Shown: piece after piece, positions 1-18,719 of the stretch
Numbering within the stretch: position 1 is the stretch's first letter
How the letters are laid out: each line of letters opens with the position of its first letter
Source: Corynebacterium amycolatum
GTDB taxonomy: Bacteria; Actinomycetota; Actinomycetes; Mycobacteriales; Mycobacteriaceae
NCBI RefSeq assembly: GCF_049243625.1
Contig: NZ_CP046975.1
Reading direction: 5' to 3' (one strand)
DNA length: 32,000 nucleotides
The notes under the pieces: generated by a model
What the model was told of the DNA's origin: nothing
The model's database searches: none
The model's input: the letters and a program-made list of their open reading frames with translations, nothing else
Made by a program: the position numbers and the translations under genes

Positions 1-510
1 ATCATCGCCGAAGATGCAGAGGGTTTGGTGCTGGATCTCGGTCGCGCTCCCTGCCGCATTGAGGCGCCAGCTCCGGTGCCTACTGCGCGTACAACGATGC
101 CCGAACCGGAACGCATCAGCCAGGCGTTGACGGCCATTGCCGATGGCAACCGTGCTGCTGAGCACGCCGGTAGTTCCAGTGGCGCTACAGCCAGTGGCAG
201 CACTGCTGGGGTCTCTGGCTCGGTTGCGGATTCGGCGACAGGTACGGGGACGGCTGCCGGTGCTAGCGCTAGCACCGGTGGCACGAGCGGCTACGCCTCC
301 GGCACCGAAGCATTCAAGCTACTGCAGCGCGCGGCTCGCCACGGCGACGACCTGTATTTAAGCTACGTCGACCGCAACGGCAAACCCGGCCGCAAGCGCG
401 TGCGCCCAGTCACTGTCTCCGGTGGGCAGGTCGATGCTATCGACCCGGCCACCAGCCAAGTGCTGCGCTTTCTGCTGCATCGCATTACCGAAGTACATCC
501 TGTCGACTAG
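1..510 (+). CDS. C-terminal part of a helicase-associated protein (partner gene found upstream of actinobacterial XPB/ERCC3 helicases); the 5' end lies outside the window
   Basis: Frame 1 is open from base 1 (IIAEDAEG...) to TAG at 508-510, so the listed ORF 25..510 is only the in-window part. A Gly/Ser/Thr/Ala low-complexity linker precedes a structured C-terminal domain (KLLQRAARHGDDLYLSYVDRNGKPGRKRVRPVTVSGGQVDAID). The gene is co-oriented with, and about 150 bp upstream of, the XPB-type helicase. Confidence 0.6.
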   Translation: MIAEDAEGLVLDLGRAPCRIEAPAPVPTARTTMPEPERISQALTAIADGNRAAEHAGSSSGATASGSTAGVSGSVADSATGTGTAAGASASTGGTSGYASGTEAFKLLQRAARHGDDLYLSYVDRNGKPGRKRVRPVTVSGGQVDAIDPATSQVLRFLLHRITEVHPVD

Positions 511-658
511 GCGACGGGCGCGGGGATCGTCGTAAAGCGATGCAAAAGCGAATGTGACGGTTCGGGATGATTCGAGCCCGTGGCGCATCTTCTGCGTAAT
601 CGTGGCAGAATTGACCTTTAGCTTATTTTTGGTCGAATGTCTGCGAGGCGAGGAAGTA

Positions 659-2362
659 ATGGGTTTCGGTACGGGTCCGCTGATCGTCCAATCGGATAAG
701 ACGGTGCTGCTGGAGGTCGATAATCCGGAGGCGGATGCGGCACGCGCGGCGCTGGCACCATTCGCGGAGCTCGAACGTGCTCCTGAACACGTGCACACCT
801 ACCGCATCACCCCGCTGGCGCTGTGGAATGCCCGCGCTGCCGGTCACGACGCGGAGCAGGTGGTCGATGTCCTCGAGCGCTATTCCAAGTTCCCCGTCCC
901 CCAGCCACTGCTTATCGACGTCGCGGAGACCATGGACCGCTACGGTCGCCTGAGCCTGACCAAGCATCCAGCTCACGGCCTTATTCTGCTCTCACACGAC
1001 CCCGCGGTACTGGCCGAGGTGACCAAGCACAAAAAGATTCGTCCGATGCTCGGCGAGCAAATCGATGCCGACACCTGGACCGTGCACCCCTCCGAGCGAG
1101 GCCGAATCAAACAGGAGCTGCTGAAGGTCGGCTGGCCTGCCAATGACACCGCCGGATACATCGACGGAGAGGCACACGCCATCGCCTGGCAGGATCAGGG
1201 CACCGGAGGCCACGACACCTGGGAACTGCGCGACTACCAACGCATGGCGGCCGATTCCTTCCGCGAAGGTGGCTCCGGCGTCGTGGTGCTGCCCTGCGGC
1301 GCAGGCAAAACAATCGTCGGAGCGGCGGCCATGGTAGACGCGCAGCGCACTACTTTGATCCTGGTCACCAACACCGTCGCCGGCAGGCAGTGGCGCGACG
1401 AGCTGCTGCGACGCACCTCGCTGACCGAGGACGAAATCGGCGAATACTCCGGCGAAAAGAAGGAAATTCGCCCCGTCACTATTGCGACCTACCAAGTGGT
1501 CACGCGCAAGACCAAGGGAGAATACCGCGCACTCGAGCTATTCGATTCCCGCGACTGGGGTCTCATCATCTACGACGAGGTCCACCTCCTGCCCGCTCCT
1601 GTGTTCCGAATGAGTGCGGATCTGCAGTCGCGCCGTCGACTGGGGCTCACCGCCACCCTGGTGCGCGAAGATGGCCGCGAGGGCGATGTCTTCAGCCTGA
1701 TTGGCCCGAAGCGCTACGACGCCCCATGGAAGGACATCGAAGCTCAGGGCTGGATCGCGCCGGCTGACTGCGTTGAGGTCCGCGTGACCCCGACCGAGTC
1801 CGAGCGCATGCTCTACGCCACAGCTGAAGCCTCCGACAGGTATCGCCTGGCCGCAACGACGCCGACGAAGATTCCCGTCGTCAAGCAAATCCTTGCCCGA
1901 CACGAGGGCGAACCCGCTCTGGTGATTGGTGCCTACTTGGATCAGCTCGAAGAGATTGGCGAGGAACTGGACGTCGATGTCATCGAAGGAAAGACGTCCA
2001 ACGCCAAACGCGAGGAGCTCTTTGGGAAGTTCCGGCGCGGCGAGATCAACACGCTGGTGGTCTCCAAGGTTGCGAACTTCTCCATTGACCTTCCCGAGGC
2101 CTCTGTCGCCGTGCAAGTCTCCGGCACCTTCGGTTCCCGACAGGAGGAGGCGCAGCGTCTGGGGCGTCTCCTGCGCCCGAAGTCCGATGGTGGTGGCGCC
2201 GTCTTTTACTCGGTGGTAACTCGCGATACGCTCGATACTGAATATGCAGCTCATCGCCAGCGTTTCCTGGCGGAACAGGGCTACGCCTACCGAATCGTCG
2301 ACGCAGATGAGTACCTCGGCCCAACCCTGCCCGGCGATTCCACCGCTAGCTCGGAATCCTAG
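659..2362 (+). CDS. ercc3: XPB/ERCC3-type SF2 DNA helicase
   Basis: Motifs present: Walker A LPCGAGKT, DEVH box IYDEVHLL, motif III GLTATLVRED, motif VI QEEAQRLGRLLR. The XPB-like N-terminal damage-recognition region is present (GPLIVQSDKTVLLEVDNPEA). I place the start at ATG 659 (MGFGTGPLIV), which follows GAGGAAG. The track ORF starting at 554 adds an implausible hydrophobic extension. Confidence 0.9.
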   Translation: MGFGTGPLIVQSDKTVLLEVDNPEADAARAALAPFAELERAPEHVHTYRITPLALWNARAAGHDAEQVVDVLERYSKFPVPQPLLIDVAETMDRYGRLSLTKHPAHGLILLSHDPAVLAEVTKHKKIRPMLGEQIDADTWTVHPSERGRIKQELLKVGWPANDTAGYIDGEAHAIAWQDQGTGGHDTWELRDYQRMAADSFREGGSGVVVLPCGAGKTIVGAAAMVDAQRTTLILVTNTVAGRQWRDELLRRTSLTEDEIGEYSGEKKEIRPVTIATYQVVTRKTKGEYRALELFDSRDWGLIIYDEVHLLPAPVFRMSADLQSRRRLGLTATLVREDGREGDVFSLIGPKRYDAPWKDIEAQGWIAPADCVEVRVTPTESERMLYATAEASDRYRLAATTPTKIPVVKQILARHEGEPALVIGAYLDQLEEIGEELDVDVIEGKTSNAKREELFGKFRRGEINTLVVSKVANFSIDLPEASVAVQVSGTFGSRQEEAQRLGRLLRPKSDGGGAVFYSVVTRDTLDTEYAAHRQRFLAEQGYAYRIVDADEYLGPTLPGDSTASSES

Positions 2363-2387
2363 AAAAATGGATAACTAAAGGACTGCC

Positions 2388-3029
2388 ATGAACTTTCACT
2401 TCCCCGTCAACCGCGAGCACACCAACGCCAACAACGAGTACTACCGCGATGCCCGCCGACTGCTCATCTCCTCCGGCATTTTCTCTGCTCTGCTGCTCGT
2501 CGGCGCTGTGCTGGTTCTAGTAGTTTTCGACCGCACGCCGTTTGTTATCGGCAGCGCGGTTGTGCTTTTCGCCCTCGCGACTCTCTACGTCGGCGTTACC
2601 TTCCAGGTGCGACGCGCAATCAAGGATCCGCAAGAGCTTTACGACGAATCCCCGCTGGTTCCGGCCATGATTGCGCGTGTGGATGAGCGAACCATGGTGC
2701 TGATGACCTTGGTGGACATGCGTAAAAACCCCTCCGATGGAGAGCCCGTCCCGGCCCTGGCTACACGTACTGTCACCACGATTTCCGGGGTTCCCCGCCG
2801 CGTGGGCGCGAAGGTGCCAGCTGTTGCTGTGGCCGGCACGCATAAGAGCCGCACCGAGTTCTACGATGAAATCACCCCAGTGCCCCTCGCGTGGTCCACT
2901 CCTGACAAGTCAGTCATTGCCCAAGCCCAGCGCAATATTCCGGTCAACGATTGGAATGTCCTCGAACGCAACATCGACCGGGTGGAAGAGGTCCACGCAA
3001 CGAAGCGCAACCTCCTGCCGCTGAACTAG
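2388..3029 (+). CDS. Conserved hypothetical membrane protein with two N-terminal TM helices (possibly the Corynebacterium DUF3239 type; not verifiable here)
   Basis: 213-aa ORF with coding-like composition. Two hydrophobic helices are present (LLISSGIFSALLLVGAVLVLVVF and FVIGSAVVLFALATLYVGVTF). It starts 26 nt after the helicase stop, preceded by AAGGA. Confidence 0.6.
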   Translation: MNFHFPVNREHTNANNEYYRDARRLLISSGIFSALLLVGAVLVLVVFDRTPFVIGSAVVLFALATLYVGVTFQVRRAIKDPQELYDESPLVPAMIARVDERTMVLMTLVDMRKNPSDGEPVPALATRTVTTISGVPRRVGAKVPAVAVAGTHKSRTEFYDEITPVPLAWSTPDKSVIAQAQRNIPVNDWNVLERNIDRVEEVHATKRNLLPLN

Positions 3030-3160
3030 TCGGGGCCTGTTCGCCCCCCGGCCTTCTGGCACTGAGCTGTTCTAGCTCCGCCCCCGGTTTCCCTACCGGC
3101 GCCCCCTCCGCAGCGCTCACATGCACAGCGAGAGCGCCATTGGGAACTGAAACGGGTTGG

Positions 3161-4330
3161 CTAGCTCTTGCCCCAGGACTCTTCATTCTGCCGGTCAATC
3201 GCTTCCTTATCGTATTCACCTGCCGGGTCCTCTGGCAGCTCACGTTCCGTGTGAGTGGCCTCTAAAATGAACCGCGCCGCGTCCGTAATCTGCTCTCGCT
3301 GAACCTTTGGAACCGCAATCTGGTGAGTTGCCAAGAATTCCGCCTGAGAGGCCTCTCCGCCCGACTCCTCGACCTTCTTCAGGTACTCGGTAGCTGGACG
3401 AACGACAGTATCGCGGGAGGCCGCTTGAACGTGGACACGCATGCTTCGCGACGGCTCATGCAATCCCGGTGACACTTCCTTTGCCGAATCGTCAGAGGTG
3501 CCGAAGAATGCCTGCAACCACACCGCAGGCGCACCACGCAAGTCTAGGGCCGGAGCAACGAGCAACAAAGCAACCGGCGTGTCCTGACTAATCTGGTTTA
3601 CCGCGGAAACAACGTTGTGCCCGCCTGAAGAGACACCGTAGAGAACTATCGGGTTCTGATCTCTGATGGGCATTGCACCCAGTTTCTGAAGCTGCAACGA
3701 ATCATCTGCGACAGATGTGACTACCCGCGCGATGTCATTGACGGCCTCAGACACCTTGTGCTCTGGTGCGAGCCGGTAGTCCACATCCACAACAATTGCG
3801 CCGGATCGGGCTGCCAGGGCCGCCATATTTGGGCCGAAGGAATTCTCACGCAGACTGCCGTCACCCATCCAGAAAGCGCCACCGTGTGCGGCAACTACCA
3901 CAGATCCGGTTGGATCCTGCGGAACAAAAACTCGAACCGGAACGCTAGGACTATCCCCCACCGTCGTATCCGTTACTTCAACCTTGCCATCGGCATACGC
4001 AAGGTATGGCGAAGAATGGTTGACGGCCGCCCCCAAGACCATCATCGAACCGTGAATAATAGCGTCGGGCATACGAGCACCGCGGTCATTGACTGACGCA
4101 CGAGCCTTCCTGATGTCTTCTTCAGAGGCACCCAACGGGACAACCTCGCTCAAGTAGGAATAGGCCGAGACGTGTTCTTCGAGCCATTCAATAAGCTGTT
4201 GCAGCTTACCCTCTTCGGTCGTTACGGGAGTGAAGTTGTCTTGAGCCTCGCCCTCAGAAGAAGCCAGGTTAACCACATCGGAGTTAGGTGTCTGATTAGT
4301 CATAGAGACAGTCTGCCACAGAGAACCCAC
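3161..4330 (-). CDS. Alpha/beta hydrolase (esterase/lipase, HSL-like family)
   Basis: Oxyanion-hole motif HGGAF, nucleophile elbow GVSSG (G-x-S-x-G), and an acidic N-terminal extension. The start is uncertain: GTG at 4330 or ATG at 4303 (MTNQTPNSD). Confidence 0.75.
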   Translation of the reverse strand: MGSLWQTVSMTNQTPNSDVVNLASSEGEAQDNFTPVTTEEGKLQQLIEWLEEHVSAYSYLSEVVPLGASEEDIRKARASVNDRGARMPDAIIHGSMMVLGAAVNHSSPYLAYADGKVEVTDTTVGDSPSVPVRVFVPQDPTGSVVVAAHGGAFWMGDGSLRENSFGPNMAALAARSGAIVVDVDYRLAPEHKVSEAVNDIARVVTSVADDSLQLQKLGAMPIRDQNPIVLYGVSSGGHNVVSAVNQISQDTPVALLLVAPALDLRGAPAVWLQAFFGTSDDSAKEVSPGLHEPSRSMRVHVQAASRDTVVRPATEYLKKVEESGGEASQAEFLATHQIAVPKVQREQITDAARFILEATHTERELPEDPAGEYDKEAIDRQNEESWGKS

Positions 4331-4538
4331 GAGAATTCATCGAAATAGGAAACCGGGAATTTAATCGATCGTTTGCTAACTGAAAATCAACAGAATATTG
4401 GATGGGAAAAAGAATAGTATTTTGCGCTGTTTATTTTGTTTAATGTTGTTTACTTGTGGGTAAAACAAAAGCGGGCCGCAGCCACCACCCCACAACAACA
4501 AAGGGGAGCAACCACGACCCACAAACAAAAAATATTCA

Positions 4539-4656
4539 TGCCGGCGGCGACCTACTCTCCCACACCCTCCCGAGTGCAGTACCATCGGCGCTGGTGGACT
4601 TAGCTTCCGGGTTCGGAATGGGACCGGGCGTGACCCCACCGCTAACACCACCGACA
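4539..4656 (-). rRNA. rrf: 5S rRNA (copy 1)
   Basis: The reverse complement reads TGTCGGTGGTGTTAGCGGTGGGGTCACGCCCGGTCCCATTCCGAACCCGGAAGCTAAGTCCACCAGCGCCGATGGTACTGCACTCGGGAGGGTGTGGGAGAGTAGGTCGCCGCCGGCA. Helix I closes between the two ends. Confidence 0.95.
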
Positions 4657-4760
4657 AAAACCAGGCAACAACCAACCCCACCACAAAACTTCGGGTGGGT
4701 GGTGTCATGCCAGACACTGAACAGTAGACGCGAGCAAAAACCCTAATTTTTCACACTCTC

Positions 4761-7856
<3,096 letters not shown>

Positions 7857-7938
7857 ATACTCAAGAACAATCACAAACAGAAAAACTGCTTGACAAAATC
7901 GAACTTACAGAAAAACAAGATGCTCGCGTCCACTATCC

Positions 7939-7952
7939 AGTTCTCACACAAC
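7939..7952 (-). promoter_or_regulatory. boxA-like antitermination element in the 16S-23S spacer (copy 1)
   Basis: The minus strand reads GTTGTGTGAGAACT. The same 14-mer recurs in the 16S leader (10120-10133). It resembles the mycobacterial leader/spacer boxA core TGTTGTTTGAGAACT, recalled from memory. Confidence 0.5.
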
Positions 7953-8232
7953 ACCCACACACCACAGAACAAACCACCACACAGCAGCCCGCCTGCAGCA
8001 CGCAGCAACCTGTACAACAGGAACAACAACACGTGTGTCATCCCAGACACCCAACAGCGCACCAACAACCAACCAACACAAAAAAGGAAAGCACCTTAAA
8101 CGTTTAATCATCACTTACACACGCGCAGACCACCATCACTTCAGCAGCCTGACCAGCAGGTGTTCCACCCAAAAAACAAAAAAGCCACACGCCACCAACA
8201 CGATGACACATGACACAAAGAAAAAATAATCT

Positions 8233-9758
<1,526 letters not shown>

Positions 9759-10119
9759 AAACCCTTCAAATCAGAAGAATCACAAAACAATGAAAGGCCC
9801 AAAAACCTGACAAAAACAAAACAAACAACCACCACACACCACAACAAGTGCGCGGCCTGGCCGTTATCCAAAAAACGTTCCCTCTCCCGAACCGACGAGG
9901 CCAAAAGAAAAAGGAACAAAACCATGATCTTTCCCACAAATGAAAAAACCACGCGAAAAGCACCCAAACAAGGCGCCGCCACGCAATCCATCACCCGCAA
10001 GCACAAAAGGACCCAAAACAAACAAAGGCCCCCGGCACCCACCAGCAACACACACGCAAACGACAACCAAACAAGCACTTTCCCAAAAAAGTATTAGTTA
10101 GTACATCGGCACACTATTG

Positions 10120-10133
10120 AGTTCTCACACAAC
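10120..10133 (-). promoter_or_regulatory. boxA-like element in the 16S leader (copy 1)
   Basis: The minus strand reads GTTGTGTGAGAACT, identical to the spacer copy. The flanking CACTAT..AGTTCTCACACAAC context is shared by both sites. Confidence 0.5.
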
Positions 10134-10194
10134 ACACACCCACAAAACAACCACCACAACCAAGCAGCAGCCACCCCGCGAGCAGCAAAAGAAG

Positions 10195-10223
10195 ACTTTA
10201 CCTTCACTACAAACACAAGTCAA
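10195..10223 (-). promoter_or_regulatory. Candidate sigma-A promoter of rrn copy 1 (proximal)
   Basis: The minus strand reads TTGACT (10223-10218), a 17-nt spacer, then TAAAGT (10200-10195). The predicted start lies about 7 nt downstream, almost exactly where the perfect repeat begins (10186). Confidence 0.5.
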
Positions 10224-10288
10224 ACCGACCGTGAATACAAAGTAAACTCTCCCCCGCATCACCACAACAAGCGATCACATCGCCCTGT

Positions 10289-10317
10289 CGCGCTGACCCC
10301 GGATACATTACACACAC
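10289..10317 (-). promoter_or_regulatory. Conserved upstream block with a -10-like TAATGT (possible distal rrn promoter, copy 1)
   Basis: The minus strand reads GTGTGTGTAATGTATCCGGGGTCAGCGCG. It is conserved with 17200-17229 although it lies outside the perfect repeat. The -35 region is weak (TCGCTT). Confidence 0.3.
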
Positions 10318-11435
10318 TTCACACATAAAGCGAACCCGCAGGCCACGGAGCATTTTTATAACGCGCATCAGCATATGAACAGCTATAAGCGATCTAACTA
10401 CAACATGTGCGAGGCAGCAGGTGAAGCGTACTGGATTTAGTTCCTACTACAGCCCTGAAACTCGACCGAGCGTGATCACATTCGACGGTTGCTATTACAG
10501 CGCTCTAACTAAGGGAGCCGACAGTCCCTACAAGGCAAAACTGATTAATGCTCAAGACGCGTGGGCATAGTTCGGAGAAGGTGGGTTTGCGACTTTACGG
10601 AGGATACATTGCTAAAGCAATATGCACATTCACAAAGTGCTGGACTGACCACACCACGGGAAGCACAACGTAGAACCATCTCGTCCATCCCGTCAACTCA
10701 GGCTCGTAAAAGCGGAACTAAGCCCAGGACGCTTAAACATACGCATGAATACATCGGATAAAGAGTCCTTGACAGAAGATGTCTGGTGAAGTCTCATGAA
10801 TGCGGAAGCGAACTTGGAGCAGACATCGCTAAGCGCGGAAGCCTACTCAGCTGCGAGCTCGAGGATATTCCCGATAATGGTTGGAAAATGCTGGTTGAGA
10901 GGATTAACCGCACGCCCCGGCAGATTATCGCGTAATAGCTGGGCTGGATCAAACTACTGCTTAGCTAGGAACGAGAAGAGCAAACTGGCAAGGAGGTGGT
11001 GGCTCCAGACCCTGATTTCAAATGGAGTCAGCTAGGTGGTTTGTCCGAGCCGTTCTACCAACATTGCGAGCTGACGCCGCCACAAAATCTGATCAATAGG
11101 TACGACATTCTGCTCGACGAGGCAACCCAACTGGTAGCTTGCCTGACCGGGTCGCAGCTGTTTGAGTCAAGGCAGCGATTGTGACACGACGGACGTATTT
11201 GGTTTTGATTTGCCCGTGGGTCTACTGCCGGTCGACTAGGGGCCCTCATATCAACCACGACAAGACCGACCTGATAGCCCCCTAAGCCGAAAGAGAGCAT
11301 CAGCACTAGAAGGTTAGCTTATGCTGTTTATTTTGTTTAATGTTGTTTACTTGTGGGTAAAACAAAAGCGGGCCGCAGCCACCACCCCACAACAACAAAG
11401 GGGAGCAACCACGACCCACAAACAAAAAATATTCA

Positions 11436-11553
11436 TGCCGGCGGCGACCTACTCTCCCACACCCTCCCGAGTGCAGTACCATCGGCGCTGGTGGACTTAG
11501 CTTCCGGGTTCGGAATGGGACCGGGCGTGACCCCACCGCTAACACCACCGACA
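11436..11553 (-). rRNA. rrf: 5S rRNA (copy 2)
   Basis: Identical to 4539-4656 (offset 6897). Confidence 0.95.
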
Positions 11554-11657
11554 AAAACCAGGCAACAACCAACCCCACCACAAAACTTCGGGTGGGTGGT
11601 GTCATGCCAGACACTGAACAGTAGACGCGAGCAAAAACCCTAATTTTTCACACTCTC

Positions 11658-14755
<3,098 letters not shown>

Positions 14756-14837
14756 ATACTCAAGAACAATCACAAACAGAAAAACTGCTTGACAAAATCG
14801 AACTTACAGAAAAACAAGATGCTCGCGTCCACTATCC

Positions 14838-14851
14838 AGTTCTCACACAAC
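14838..14851 (-). promoter_or_regulatory. boxA-like element in the 16S-23S spacer (copy 2)
   Basis: Same 14-mer as 7939-7952 (offset 6899). Confidence 0.5.
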
Positions 14852-15131
14852 ACCCACACACCACAGAACAAACCACCACACAGCAGCCCGCCTGCAGCAC
14901 GCAGCAACCTGTACAACAGGAACAACAACACGTGTGTCATCCCAGACACCCAACAGCGCACCAACAACCAACCAACACAAAAAAGGAAAGCACCTTAAAC
15001 GTTTAATCATCACTTACACACGCGCAGACCACCATCACTTCAGCAGCCTGACCAGCAGGTGTTCCACCCAAAAAACAAAAAAGCCACACGCCACCAACAC
15101 GATGACACATGACACAAAGAAAAAATAATCT

Positions 15132-16657
<1,526 letters not shown>

Positions 16658-17018
16658 AAACCCTTCAAATCAGAAGAATCACAAAACAATGAAAGGCCCA
16701 AAAACCTGACAAAAACAAAACAAACAACCACCACACACCACAACAAGTGCGCGGCCTGGCCGTTATCCAAAAAACGTTCCCTCTCCCGAACCGACGAGGC
16801 CAAAAGAAAAAGGAACAAAACCATGATCTTTCCCACAAATGAAAAAACCACGCGAAAAGCACCCAAACAAGGCGCCGCCACGCAATCCATCACCCGCAAG
16901 CACAAAAGGACCCAAAACAAACAAAGGCCCCCGGCACCCACCAGCAACACACACGCAAACGACAACCAAACAAGCACTTTCCCAAAAAAGTATTAGTTAG
17001 TACATCGGCACACTATTG

Positions 17019-17032
17019 AGTTCTCACACAAC
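17019..17032 (-). promoter_or_regulatory. boxA-like element in the 16S leader (copy 2)
   Basis: Same 14-mer as 10120-10133. Confidence 0.5.
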
Positions 17033-17093
17033 ACACACCCACAAAACAACCACCACAACCAAGCAGCAGCCACCCCGCGAGCAGCGAGAGAAA

Positions 17094-17123
17094 ACATTAA
17101 CAAACAATTAACCAGAAAGTCAA
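17094..17123 (-). promoter_or_regulatory. Candidate sigma-A promoter of rrn copy 2 (proximal)
   Basis: The minus strand reads TTGACT (17123-17118), an 18-nt spacer, then TAATGT (17099-17094). It sits just outside the perfect repeat, which ends at 17085, in the same position as the copy-1 promoter. Confidence 0.5.
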
Positions 17124-17199
17124 ACCAACGACTCCCAGCGGCTAACCGCACGAAAACATTTCCCCCACATCAGCCAACCAAACACATAAACTGCCTGGC

Positions 17200-17229
17200 C
17201 GCGCTGACCTCCGAATACATTACACACAC
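17200..17229 (-). promoter_or_regulatory. Conserved upstream block with a -10-like TAATGT (possible distal rrn promoter, copy 2)
   Basis: The minus strand reads GTGTGTGTAATGTATTCGGAGGTCAGCGCG. It is homologous to 10289-10317 with one indel. Confidence 0.3.
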
Positions 17230-17409
17230 CCCACCTAAAGACACAAAACCCCAGGTAAGAGAGCGAAAACCACCACAAGCCCCACTGGAGAATCTCTCCT
17301 AACGGTTCTAAAGCATCCAGAACCGAAGACTTGCGATGGTTTTCCGCGCCATGCGTTTAACAAGCACCGTGCGCTTAGCTATTAGCCATCAGCCGGAAGC
17401 CAACGACCA

Positions 17410-18672
17410 CTAGCTAACCCGTTCAACAGAAGCGCCGAGAGCATTTAGCGTCTCTACGAAACCCGGGTAACCGCGATCAATGTGATAGACATCGTGCACC
17501 TCGGTGACATCCCCCTCTTCAGTACACAGACCAGCCAGCACCAGACCCGCACCAGCGCGAATGTCCGAAGACCACACAGGTGCCGAACTCAGCGTTTCCT
17601 TTCCGCGAATCATCACGTGGTGGCCATCGATAGTCGCGTCAGTACCGAGGCGAATCATCTCGTCGACAAACCGGAAGCGCGATTCAAAAACGTTCTCGGT
17701 AAGCACTGACGTTCCTTCAGACACCGCAGACAGAGCAATGGCCATGGGCTGCATGTCCGTCGGAAAGCCTGGGTATGGAAGCGTTTGATAGTTCACACCC
17801 TGCGGACGCCCGTCCATACGCACGCGGAAGCCCTGCGGATAGGTCTCGACCTGAGCGCCTGCATTCTTCAGTTTTTCCAGAGGAAGATGCAGGTACTTAG
17901 GGTTGATACCAACGACCGTAATATCGCCGCCGGTCATTGCCGCAGCATAGGCCCAGGTCCCTGCGATAATTCGGTCGCCGACGACCTTGTGCTCAGTCGG
18001 GTGCAGCTTCTCGACGCCCTCAACCATGATGGTGTTCGACCCCGCACCCGAGATCCTGGCTCCCATCTCCACGAGCATCTCGCACAGGTCGACAATTTCG
18101 GGCTCACGAGCGGCGTTATCCAGCACAGTCGTACCTTCAGCGAGTACGGCCGCGGTCAGAATATTCTCGGTCGCGCCGACGGACGGGAAGTCCAGCTTGA
18201 TGTTCGCACCTTCGAGCCGCCCCGCCTCAGCCACCACGCAACCGTGGTGAATATAGGTGCGTGCGCCCAATTTCTCCAGACCAGCCTGATGCATGTCCAG
18301 TGGGCGGGAACCAATTGCGTCACCACCGGGCAGTGCGACAATCGCATTACGGGTACGCGCCGTCAGCGGCCCGAGCACACAGACCGAAGCACGGAACTGG
18401 CGCACGGCGTCGAAGTCAGCGTGATGCGAGAGTTCTTCGGGCACCGTGATTTCAATCCGGTCACCCTCGCGCATCACGGAGCAGCCGAGCCCTTCGAGGA
18501 CCTTCTGCATCAATGGCACGTCGTCAATTTCAGGGCAGTTCGTCAGTACTGTCGTGCCCTCGGCCAGAAGCGCCGCACCCATCAGTTTCAGAACCGAGTT
18601 CTTCGCCCCGGAAATCTGAACCTGACCGTTTAGCGTCGCTCCGCCTTTAACCAGAAATCGCTCATTTCCCAC
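17410..18672 (-). CDS. murA: UDP-N-acetylglucosamine 1-carboxyvinyltransferase (MurA)
   Basis: Full-length MurA features are present ([46 protein letters not shown]). It lies directly upstream of an rrn operon, as in the mycobacterial murA-rrnA linkage. I prefer the GTG start at 18672, preceded by GGGGGA. The track ORF starts at ATG 18690. Confidence 0.9.
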   Translation of the reverse strand: MGNERFLVKGGATLNGQVQISGAKNSVLKLMGAALLAEGTTVLTNCPEIDDVPLMQKVLEGLGCSVMREGDRIEITVPEELSHHADFDAVRQFRASVCVLGPLTARTRNAIVALPGGDAIGSRPLDMHQAGLEKLGARTYIHHGCVVAEAGRLEGANIKLDFPSVGATENILTAAVLAEGTTVLDNAAREPEIVDLCEMLVEMGARISGAGSNTIMVEGVEKLHPTEHKVVGDRIIAGTWAYAAAMTGGDITVVGINPKYLHLPLEKLKNAGAQVETYPQGFRVRMDGRPQGVNYQTLPYPGFPTDMQPMAIALSAVSEGTSVLTENVFESRFRFVDEMIRLGTDATIDGHHVMIRGKETLSSAPVWSSDIRAGAGLVLAGLCTEEGDVTEVHDVYHIDRGYPGFVETLNALGASVERVS

Positions 18673-18719
18673 TCCCCCAGCCAACCACATTTCGCAATAT
18701 CGCGCTTAGGCTTGAAACT

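Noticed and set aside
554-658. 35-aa N-terminal extension of the helicase ORF (GTG at 554)
   Set aside because: The extension is hydrophobic and unlike XPB N-termini. ATG 659 has a GAGGAAG RBS and starts the conserved GPLIVQSD region.
4426-4538. An intrinsic terminator for the rrn operons in the 113-nt trailer after the 5S gene
   Set aside because: The minus strand has a T-run (TTTTGTTTT) and a long-range pairing (TTGTGGGT / ACCCACAA). I could not find a convincing GC stem directly abutting the T-run, so no terminator is called.
10561-11306. Four short ORFs (62-83 aa) in the inter-operon spacer as real genes
   Set aside because: They overlap one another in different frames and on both strands. 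They lack RBSs and have atypical composition, so I treat the region as a possible pseudogene remnant instead.
17785-18633. 282-aa + strand ORF antisense to murA. Similar long antisense ORFs occur in ramA (19432-20160), cbiM (23277-24005), cbiQ (22238-22766), the XPB helicase (1538-2254) and dus (29915-30442).
   Set aside because: All overlap genes with strong family signatures on the other strand. They are Arg/His/Pro-rich and typical of stop-codon depletion in GC-rich DNA.
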